A stretch of DNA of 60,226 bases, counting the filler, from Bipalium vagum (lineage: Eukaryota), in the NCBI GenBank assembly GCA_037834085.1. It is 3 parts of 3 records of this genome, joined end to end, with 100 filler letters (N's around TTAATTAATTAA, not from the genome) between each part and the next. Parts side by side here need not be neighbours in the genome. Positions count along the whole stretch, not along the records: positions 34,797 to 60,226 come from JBBMKC010194165.1; 2 more parts are not named here. The stretch is one strand, 5' to 3'. Made by a program: the position numbers and the translations under genes. Below the pieces are notes generated by a model. The model was given only the letters and a program-made list of their open reading frames with translations. It did not search any database and had not been told where the DNA came from. Within the stretch, counting starts at the first letter, position 1, and each line of letters begins with the position of its first letter. Positions 38,401-50,400 of the stretch are shown piece by piece.

Positions 38401-41400
38401 TTAAAGTTAAATTAAATTTCTTCGTATAAAATCAGAAAAAATCAGAAAAAATCAGAAAAATTATATATGCAGAGATACATTATTTTGCGTAATTTTATTT
38501 TAAATAAAGTCAAATTTAAGCCTTTATAGAAATGAAATAATAAAACAAAATGTTCTAATTTAATGTTTATATAATTTTTTTATAATTATATTTTCATCTC
38601 TGAGACGAAAAATGTTTTTTTTATAAATATAAATGAATTTTAAATAAAATGTCTTTCCCGAAAAAAGGAATTATTAAAAATTAAATACCAAATAAATACT
38701 AAATAATAAGTATAATAATGTCAAATTAAATATTTTTTTAAAAAAGTTCATAATAATAAGTATTAATAATAAAGAAAGTGATAATTATTAATAATTAATG
38801 AAATAATGATTTTTAATTTTTGATCTTTAGTGCAAAATAAATTATTTTATTGATACTTTTGATGTGTCAACCACCTTAACCGATTTCATCCTAGCTTATC
38901 TAATACCTTATTAGTACAATGTTACCCATGATCTTTAGTTTTATAATTGGCAGTTTTAAAAGAGTACGTTTTTTGTGTTCCCCAAAATGCATTTTAATTT
39001 TGTATTTTTTATTAAATTGAATTTGGGTTTCATTAAAATTTTTGAGATTTGAAAATTATCATAAAATATTGTGTACACATCTTCAATAAAAACTGTACTA
39101 AAAAATTAAAACTGGACAAATAAAATTATCGAGCGTATTTGCTCAAATTCCACGAAATAATTACATTTATATGGAAAACATGTAGAGATGCCAATAGTGA
39201 GTCATATCATCTCGTCTTATGACACATCCTTTGATTCTTCTTGGCATACTATTAATTATAAGATTGAGTTACCTGCTTAGGTATGTCGTTTCATATTTGT
39301 TGAATGAGATTTTTAAACTCATCAGGTGTTTTAGGTTAGGTACCAGAGAAGACGTAGCTATTGATATCCCAAAATGTTCAATAGGAGATAGATCTGGTGA
39401 ATATTTTCTCCACTTCTGATTTTTGCAAAAATTTTCTTCTCTATCGGTGTGCGGTTTTGAAAACTACCGACTAGAAATGTTTCCATTAATGGAAGTAATA
39501 CGAGTCTCAGAAAATCATAGATATATCAGAGAGTGTTCAATTTCTGATAGACACAATGGGTGACCGAATAAAAACCCGATGGTGCCACATATTATAATTC
39601 AAGGTACAACTCATTTGACTTCGTAACATCAAACCAGCATTTTGATTCCTAGGTAGCATCTCAGGTTTAAACATGCATCACTTTAGCATGAATGAAATTT
39701 TGATTTATCACCAAAAATAATGCAATTTCATTCATCACTCAAATGTTGATTTTCTTGACACCTGGTAAGTCTTGTGACTTTAACATGTGATATCAGTGGA
39801 AAATATTGCTTTATGTGGTATGAAAGCAGACCAATTCTATACAATCCTTGATATGTAGTGCTAAGGAACAAATTTTTTCTTAGATTCATTTTCCAATCTA
39901 TGCCAATTTTGTGATCGACATAATTCTTTCTCTAACAGCCACGAGATGGTGTTTATATTTTTCACTTTGGTGTTTCGATGTCTACTGTCACTATGTGGAA
40001 GGTGCAAGCCTCCCTCACCAATCATCCAATGCCCGTATTATATTTGAATGATTTCTTCCCCAACGCCTGAAGACTTCTCTGAAACTTATTTCACTTTCAT
40101 GAAATTCTACTGTTCGACCTCTTCCAAAATCCGATAGTTGGATGAAAAGTTGTTTGCCTTATCCCAGTCATATTACTTATTATACATAAATTATTTATTA
40201 ATCTATTTAAATGATGCGCAAACGAAAATGTGAATATCTGATTAAATTATATTGATAGAACAATAGACGCAATAATTTCGATTTATTGAGTTATAAACAT
40301 TATTAATTGAAATTACATGTACTACAATCGACTATTGCCTACCAGTACGATAGAAGTTTAAGTACTATCCTAGACAGAGCTCCGGTCTTCTCAGTGAGTT
40401 ATTAACTTATACAGACTTCAGTTTGCCAGATCAGATCAAGATACTTTAGAAAGTAATTATCGATTGGTGAGATATCTTGTAAATGTGATGGACAGTGGGT
40501 TTCTTTACAACTCTTGGTTGAATACAAATGGCCTTTGGAACTTTTTCATCAAATTTGAAATCGGACAGATAAAATCAATTTCAACGCATGTGTTTTTGTT
40601 TCTAAATTCGTCAAAATGGAGGCTTACCAAAGAGTACTGAAACAGACCACATTATTATAATTATACGAAAGTAACTTAGCATTGGTGACTTCAATAAATA
40701 AGGGATTTTTGGATTTGATTTGTTTGAGTTTAAATGTTGAGGTTAAAAGGTCCATTCTTTTCCAATCAATAAAAGACCGTTTATCACAAAATTTTTCTAT
40801 TTTATGCCGATATTAAATTATGTTTAACTCCACAAACACAAAATCTGTCAATATACAGAATCTGTACAGCTGAACCTTACATAACCTTTTCCACACAAAT
40901 TTGATGAGAATTTCGGTTTTATGACGAATTTCATTGATGAATGATGAAACTCCATAAGTAAATTTGACAAGTGACAATTTGTTTCAATTGTCATAACAAA
41001 TCTGTACCCAATATATAGATTTAGTGCAAATATTCCATTTTCTACATTAATGTCCAAAATCTACGTTTACTTGGGTCTGATTGTTTTGGATCTACTTCAA
41101 AAACAAAGTTGAAGAGCCCTGACACCATTATCAAAACATTTTTATTATTCAGTTCTGATTTATGTATTATCGTTTTTAATAAAGAAAAATTAAAAGAGAA
41201 AATTATTTTTATTTAAATGATCAAAACATTGTCGATTGCGGAGGACAATTTTTCAGCATTCTGTTAACTCAATTATAGCCTTTATATAAAATCTCTTTGG
41301 TAAAGCTGCAAAGAAGTCCAAGAACTTCTTAATGTCATCCAGTGAATGAAAACACACCGTGCGTTTAAGTCACAATACAAATTAATATTTAAATATCCTC

Positions 41401-44400
41401 AGTAATTTATGAACGAATATATATGAGTACCATTTTCTTGTAGTACAACAGTCATTCTTTTTGCAATTTCTAAAAACACTCATTCCAAAATTTGATGCTC
41501 AACTGAATTAATTTCTGTGTAGCCGAAAATTATTGACCCAATTTTTATACCTTTTGTTTTAAATATCTCCATAAAAAGAAATCTAAATTGGACCTCTTCT
41601 GCTTATCCATCTATCTGAGACCTTTTTATCCAGTCATTTTCGTACTGCCAACAAATGGTGGCAGTCAATCCAGTTGAAAAATTATCCTCGACATGAGTCG
41701 TTTCTTTAGTATAAATAATAAAAAAAATTCTTCAGCATCTCAAGATAATTTTCTTCATTTAAATTTTCATATTTTGATGACGTGACACGCCAAACATTAA
41801 CTTTTGGACAAATATCATGGTATTTATACACTTCTATTGGCTTCTGAGTTCTCAATATCCTACAGTTTTGCATATGAACATAACAGAATAAATGGAAAGT
41901 GGATTTATGTGAAAAATATTAATTTTTCAAAAAATCAGTCATTCAGTTATGGTAAAAGATACTCAACAGTTTTGACACGTTTGTCAATCTCCTCTTCATA
42001 TAAATATTGTTGCATTTGAATGTTATATCAATTAACAGAGAGGTCATTGTGAATTTAATTTCAAATTATCAACCGACTTATTTCAGTTTCGGCAGAAAAA
42101 ATAGACTTAGGTCCCTCTTTTAAAATTGTATTGATTTGAAATTTATCTTCTTTCAATAATTTTTTTCTGCATTCCACACCTGTGTTAATCTGCAATCGAT
42201 CCAGTTTCGTTAATGTGCTTATAATTTACATTAATTGTCAATCAGATTGGATTCTCCTTGTTTCCTTCAGTTTTCAGATCCTTCTTAATCTGAAATGTTG
42301 ATTTAGATTTTACAAAAAACATCACAGACCAAATTGTTATTACATTTGAGAGAGTCTTGGTGTTAATACTTAAACTGATAAAATTAAAACTGACTTAAAC
42401 ATCCATTAAAAAAATGTAAAAAATTAATTATATTTTCAATCGATAAATGACTTTAAAATTGTATGGTGACTTATTAAACGCACGATATAATACTGAGTCA
42501 ATCTGGATAAATGGTGATCTAAATAAACCATAAAGAAGCAAGCACTGTAAATGATGCAAGAACCACATTTTCAACCAAAGTTCTTCAGATTTTTTCAAAA
42601 TAACCTCGTCCCACTATTTAACGCTTAATTAATGTAGACAGATGCGTTATTAGTACAATAATATTAAAATAAATGAAATTAAAATAAATAACTGTTTTCA
42701 GGTTTTCAACTGAAACCTCTTGACAATTGATAATTTTTTTTCTTTTCTCTAAAGATAACATAAAATGTTGTCCATCTTTTTATGAGAATCATAATTCAGA
42801 TCCTATTAATTCTGTGAAAGCCCACAATCCAGAATGGTTGGAGCCAAATTAGAAAAATAAATTGTCTTTATTATAGTGATTCGGAGAAAGGATAGCAATA
42901 AAATATTATATATTTTTAATAAATAAATTTAAATTTATTTCCCGTTTGTTCATTAACCACCAATTTTATGGGTGTATCTATTAATAAATATAAACAAAGA
43001 TAATTCCAAAATTGTCTAAAGAATATTTTTTAATTAACGTTTCAGAAATTATTTTGAAATGATTGTCAAAAATATTCAAAAATAATAATAATAATAATAA
43101 TAATAGTAATAATAAAATAAAATAAAATAATAATAATGTAAATAAATATATAAAATAATAATAATTATAATAAATAATAATAATAATAATAATAAATAAT
43201 AATAATAATAATAATAATAATAACGGTACTTAGTGAATTCTTTTATTGATTTTCTAATTTATAAATCTACAAAGTTTAAATGCCTTTCAATTTACATAAA
43301 ATCTTTAGTATGGATAGCCTCTTCAATCTCAGTTTTCATAATAAGCGCCGTTGGTCTCTTAGGAGTAGCCGTAGTACCCTTAGTTCAGAAAGCATATTAT
43401 AACAAGATTATTCAGTATTTGGTTGCCCTTGCCGTTGGTTCGTTGACTGGAGACGCATTTCTACATTTGATTCCACATGTATCTTTTTAGCTTTTGATAA
43501 GCAAATGATTTGACATTATATATATTCAGGCAATCTTAGGATCACATGAAAAAGGCGAAGAAGAAGACGAGGAAGTTATGGCTGTAATGAAAGGACTTGT
43601 CGCATTAGGTGGAGTATACTTTTTCTTCATAGCTGAAAAATGTCTTTCAATGGTATCAGAATACAGAGCTGAGAAACAGGCACAAGAAGTAATAATATTA
43701 ATGATAATAATAATAATAATAAAAATAAAATAATATTACATTAGTAATAATATGAATATATTATAACCATTATTTTTAACATAATATATATTATAATATT
43801 GATTCTAAAATATCTGAAACAGAAACAATTTAAACTAATAAGTTTAAAAACGGCCATTATTTTTGCACCAACCTAATATTAATAATAATAAAATACATTT
43901 TCTTCCTAGGTTCATTAATCACTTATTTATATTATTACTCATTTTATATTAATCAATTACAATACATTAATAATACAAAAAAGTGCTTGCTATATAATCA
44001 TTATTTGATAATTATTTGACGGTCTGAAACTTATTCAGTCTTCATTGACACATTTAACCCTTCTGCGTAATTAACACTAATAAATGGAAAATATTATTTT
44101 TCATAATTTAGACCAATTTTGAATTTTTTTAAACGTATCAATTAAAAACTTTGCCGTCATTTTAAAAGTGATGATAGAAATATCGGAACATATTTTGAGT
44201 ATCGATTTCGGAAAAATAAATTCAAAGAAAGTATGTTTTCACTTAGAAAGTTGTCCAGGCGGTACTCGCAAAAGATTTTTAAAAGAAATATAAGAAACTT
44301 TGGATGGGAACATAAATAATATAAAAAGTATTACTGGAAATTTCTCAGTTTTACATGCATAGGTTTCAAAAAGAATTAAAGATATGATAGTACCAAAACA

Positions 44401-47400
44401 AAGATCGTCATTGAACCAGATCAAAGAACGGAAGTGTTATCAAGCTTTTCGACTGTTCAAAATGTTTATAAAATAATCATAAAATTTCCTCTGACGAATT
44501 CGTGGGCAGCTAAACTATTTTACGTTCTCATTTATTTATTCAGTTCGGAATATTCTTTTAACCCTCTGAAGTGTTAAGATTAGTTAGAGCCATCTCTCTT
44601 GAACTTCTCTACCACCACAATTATTCTTCCTAAACAGACAGATAAACAAATTATCTTTTCGTTAATTAACAACAAGCGCTTTACAGCGTCTAGATGTTTT
44701 CTTATTCAGTGATTTTCTTTTCTTTACCATTGTTTTTGCAATTAATTACTGACCAACGTAACAATTATTAATGATACGTGTTTATTTACAAATAAACAAT
44801 GTTGATCATCCTCGGAGACAAAGGTCCAACAATATTTGTCAGTCTGAAAACTTTAACTGTACCGACCAGTTAAAATTAAGCTTTTATAATTTAAATGAAT
44901 CATTTTTATTTTTATTTTAACATTTTAAGAATTTATTTAAGAAATAATTTATTTGTTAAAATTTTAATCAATTAAATTTTTGTTAAATATTATTTTAGAA
45001 GCAGCTTTATTATTTTTGTTACCTGTGATATATATAACAAAATCAGTCATAGTTTGAAAAATATATTTTGAATGTCTTTTTCGAACAATACTACCTAAAT
45101 AAATTTATTGTTCCATTAAATATTAAAATTCATTTCAATAAAAATTATTTTAAAATAAATATAAAAATTAAGTAAACATTAAAATTAAATAAATATTAAA
45201 ATTAAATAAATATTTTAAATTTAAAATTAATTAAATATTTAATAAATAGAAATCATTTTAAATACTCACAATTTTTATTACTCTATATATTTATTTAATC
45301 ACTTATTTTTATTATTTTTTATTTTATCTTTACTGTGAACAAAATCATTTTCATTTTCAAGTATCCGATTTTTATCACTTTACCACAAAATCTTTTAAAA
45401 TATTTCTTACTATGAAACATGTTTCGAACTTCTAATTATAATCAGTCATTAATATCCAATATTATTTTTATTAAAATATTTTACTGAATTATTATCGGTT
45501 AAAATTGAATTTTTATTATTAATCAGAAGACATACAAGTAATATATTGATTTTCATTTTCCCATGTTTTAATGTCAATATCTGGTTCTCATTCTTTTTAT
45601 TAAAAATTATAAACAAATTTGTCAAATTACTCTAAAGTTGTCCGCATTAATTTTAGTTTTTCAAAAAACGCAATCCCTTGATTGATTTAAGACTACTGAT
45701 TCTGCTGAATTCTGAATGCTCACTAATACGTGCTGTGAAGTGACATATTGCCTCCATAGTATTGATTATTACACCCATTTGAACTGGTACGCGGTACTAG
45801 CCTGCAAACTAGTATGGGTTGACGTTTTAATTTTTTTGTCTTTGCTGTTATTGAAAAATAGCTTTTATGGGCCAGGGGTTTACTTCCTTGGTAATTCTGC
45901 ATTTATTTCTACATGAATTATAAATGATTTCTTTACATTAGGCTGTAAAGAAATTAGTAGCGGTGTTTATGAATTCATTTTTGCATTATTATTATTATTA
46001 TTATTATTATTCTCATTAAAGCCTTTGAAGATTTTGTAGCATCTAGAACTCTAGATTTTTATCGAGTCTGGATAAATAAACTTGTGACTCATTGGGATAA
46101 ATGTGTACAGTGTAATGGTTTCAATTTCGATATATAGAATTTTGTTTAAGCTGGGCTTTGTTCATTTGAAGTTTAATGTTAGCAACCGCCATTTATTTCT
46201 TCACAGCCTAATATTTACAAATGGTAAAAATTTACAAAAGGAACTTAAGCGAAATAATTAATTGTTTGTCGTATTTGATAATAATTTAATAATAAATTTT
46301 CTAATTATTAAAAGTTCTTTATCTAACCGAATCCTCTTTTAAAAAATATTTAAATCAATAAAATTTAACTTACTCATTAAAATATACAACAAAATCAATG
46401 AAAATATTTGTTGTTTTAATTATTGATAATATTTGAGCCGCATTATTTCTAAAGATTAATTCCTGTCTAAACATTTTTTGCAAACGTCTTGAGACTTTTT
46501 AATTGATAAAAAAAACATCAATGGAGGATAAATGAGAATGATAATGCTTTCTTTCATAATTATAATTTTTATTTATTTATATATTTTACGATTTATTAAG
46601 TTTTTAATATTATATTTAAGCCCAAAATACAATAAAAGATTTCTTGGATCATGTTTTATAATTTCACCCTTTATATCGTATGTAGTATATAATTAAACCC
46701 AATGAAAATTACATGTATTTTAATTTCAACTAATGATTAAACATAAAATACACTCAATTTAAAAAGGAAAAGATCGAATATCTGGAACATTTATTCATCA
46801 ATCGAAATTAATTCGAAAATACTTTCATTATTTCTTCTTTGAATATTCGGACACCACACACATTCATATAAATAAGTAGGTAAAACGGTACCATATATAC
46901 CTTCCATAGACTTCACTTTATATTAAAGATTGCTCCAGAGACTTTCAATTCTTTGAGTATTTGCTGAGTCATCCGGGTTAACAAAATTTAACTTATGATT
47001 GACAGTTAAGTATCTAAGCTCCTTTTTACTCAGACCAGAATAGGCTTTCCTCTCAGTACTCATAATAACGGATTCGCATCTTATTACAGAATAAGAGTTT
47101 CAGCGGACCTGTGTTCCAGTAATTCTAATTAAATTTAGTCTGCTTTTGAGGAATCCACAACACCAAATTAGATAAAAATATCAAATTACGTTTTATTTCT
47201 TAGTCCAAGTGATGATCAAATAATTATTATATTATCATAGAAATTAGATAATTTGGTGTCAGCCCCTTTTTATTTCATGTTTTGAATTTTCACCCCAGGC
47301 TGAAGATTAAAGACATGAACGGATTTCTTTTCCTTATAATTTTTAATTTTTAAAATAATAAACTATTTTATGAAGGAGGAGAAGCAAAGACAGTTACGAG

Positions 47401-50400
47401 ACCCACGTAGATCTGAACTTCGAAGATTAAGTACTATGCAATTAACTGCAAATAATCCGGCTAATAGGAGAGGGTCTTATATGGCTAATTCAAAAGATTC
47501 TGCCATGTTCAGAAGACTTTCTAAAGCTGTCATCTCTGAGGATGAAGACGATGGAATGATAATGACTGGATTGAGTAGTAGAGGTAATCAATAGCACAAG
47601 ATTATCACTCTATGAAAATTAATAATTTCAGCAATGAAATCAATAGATAATCTCATTCGATTCTCTGAATTAGATACGGACGAAGATCAACTTGTTGGAA
47701 ATAGACGATCTCAGTCTAGTATGTCTGGAGGTCTTTTGGCGGTGCCAGGAAGCGTTCCTTATAATATTTCACCAGAACATGATTCGAATGATAAAGATGG
47801 TGGTGAAATCACACTTATGGTTCCATCTCCTGGTTATAAAGTTTCTAATCCTGCTACAGACGAAAATAAAAATAACTTAAATACCGGTCTGCATGTAACA
47901 ATAGTAAATAAAGATGATCAAAATCTTATTCCAAGTTCGACAGACAGTGATAAAGAAAAGAAAAAAGACGACCATGGTCATGGACATGGACACAGTCATT
48001 CACACGAGGTTGTATAATTAAAAATTATGAGTTTTATTATTTTCAAATATTTTTATACAATTTTCCATAACAGGTTCCTGGGTCTATAGCGGCTGTAGCG
48101 TGGATGGTTATTCTTGGAGATGGCTTGCACAATTTCAGTGATGGACTGGCAATAGGTGCCGCTTTTGGTGGTAAGATCGCTGGAGGAATCAGTACCACAG
48201 TGGCCGTTTTCTGTCATGAATTACCTCATGAGATAGGTAACCTGTGTGTGTTTAAGTATATTAGAAGCATGGCCTGAACTTTTGAGATATTCTATTCAAA
48301 AACCGATTATTCTTTTATCAAATAAACAAAGATATATTTTAAAGACGAGTCACGAGGTATAATCGAGGAAACTTATGATAAATTTGAAATTTAGTATTAT
48401 TTATCAATGTTTAAAAGCCACTCTCGTCATTTGTCATTTGATAGAGGTTCGCCCTCTGGCTTCTCGGTTTTCATAATCTGTCATTCAATTTTGGTTTTCA
48501 TACTGGCTTATAAGTTCGCATTCGATTGGCTGTTCTGTCAGAAACATCCAATAGAATTGCTTAAACTACAAAATTCACCAATCTCTTTCTTCAATAGTGC
48601 ACCTTTCTTCTCCTTTCTTTAATGAGCCAAAACATTCTGAGATAAATATTTACGAATTGAATAAAGGTGTGCAAACAAGAAATTCAATTTCCTTATCTGA
48701 CTCTAAATTAATTATTATATATAATATTATGTTTATTAGGATTATAATCCACATTGGTTCCTTGATTTAATTCAAAAAGTATAACATTTTCACTACATTG
48801 AATTTACATGAAACATTGAGCGGGTCTTTATAATTCTTTATAGAATGGATCATGTATTTGATCTTTCAGATTCCTAGAGAAAATATGGTACATCTTGATT
48901 ACACTTATTAAGTTTGAGAGAACGGCTTACCTTAAAGCCTTTAATTGAGATTCAGACAGAATTAGATCTTGGATATTTTCTACTTTTCCTAAATACAATA
49001 TTTTATTATTATTATTATTTATTTTTTTTTAATTTTTTTTTATTTTTATCATTATTAATAGTAGTATTGGTATTATTATTTTACTATTATTATTTTATTA
49101 TTATTTATAATTCATTAGTGGAAGATTAGTTTGAATTACATTATTATTTTTAATACGTATTTTCAAATCTGTATCAATCAGCGAATAATAATAGAGAAAA
49201 TTAATCGATTAAACTTTTAAATATAAATTAGAAAAAATAATGGGTTATGTAATGGTTTACTTTTTCATTATTTTTGCGACATTTAAGTTATATAATACAA
49301 AAGTAGAAAAAATAAAAATAATTTAAATAATGCATTAATTGATGTTTCGTAAAATATTTCTTAATTTAAAATCATTTTTTCCACAAATTTTGCATTAATT
49401 ATATAATAAATATAAATTTAAATATTATAATTAACTCGTAAACTGATTACTTAAATTAGAATTAAAAATAAAAATGAAATAAATAACGATTTAAATAACA
49501 TAAAAAAAATTTAATTAAAAATAATAAATAAATAAAATATAAATAAATAATTAAAATAAAAAAATAATAATAATAATAATAAACCTCATAAAGTAATGTT
49601 TTACACAAGGATTTATTATTTATGTTAACTTACGACCCCGATATAAAGGCAATTAAATCTGAGGAAATGATATTAATGGAAATTTTGAAGAGCTGCATTT
49701 CAAAAAAAATCGCCAGGTTATTTAGAAGTTAGGGAAAAGATTACTGTCGATGAAAGTCATGGAAACTTGATATTATTATTAGAATATGTTATTACTTCAG
49801 TTTGTTTTTTTACTTGTGACTAAAGAAAATATACTGTTTTTTTATGTTTTTTATTTATTTTTACCAATCTTTTTAAAATTAAAGTTTTTCAGACATTCTC
49901 ATTTGTTAAGTCTTAATTAGATTTATACTTTTATTATCTCAAATTTTCCTTTATTTATTTTTAATTTTTCCTTACTTTGGTACTTATCTTTTCTCTATAT
50001 AATGTCACCTTAATAATTATAAATGATAATAAATACACCAATAAAACTTACTTTATACATTAAGATTATATATAATAAAATAAATAATTAAGAACAATTG
50101 ACATATTTTAAAATGTGTAAATAAATATATTATTTATATTTTTTAATTTATCATAGTTTTCTATTTGATCAATTATCTTTGTTTTAATTATTAAAATGAA
50201 ATTAAATATCAGTCATAGACTGAATTGTAATAACTGGTACAGCCAAAGTTGTCTATACTGAACTTGCAATTAAGTGAACATACCATGTAATGTTTTAAAA
50301 TTATTCAGTTAAAAGTTTGCGGTATTTATTAAAAACTTAAATTATGACCAATGAAATAAACCAATAACTTTTTTATGCTATAAAAGTATTCTTTTGTTCA

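Noticed and set aside
40440-41340. Possible hAT-like transposase remnant on the minus strand
   Set aside because: Only vague resemblance, with no diagnostic motif or termini.
42755-42836. Candidate ZIP ectodomain exon (DNIKCCPSFYE..., loosely CPAL-like)
   Set aside because: Its only nearby donor gives phase 2, while the TM1 exon needs phase 1. The motif match is poor.
48914-49129. Hydrophobic ORF suggesting a membrane protein
   Set aside because: It is a translation of (TAT/ATT)n low-complexity intron sequence.
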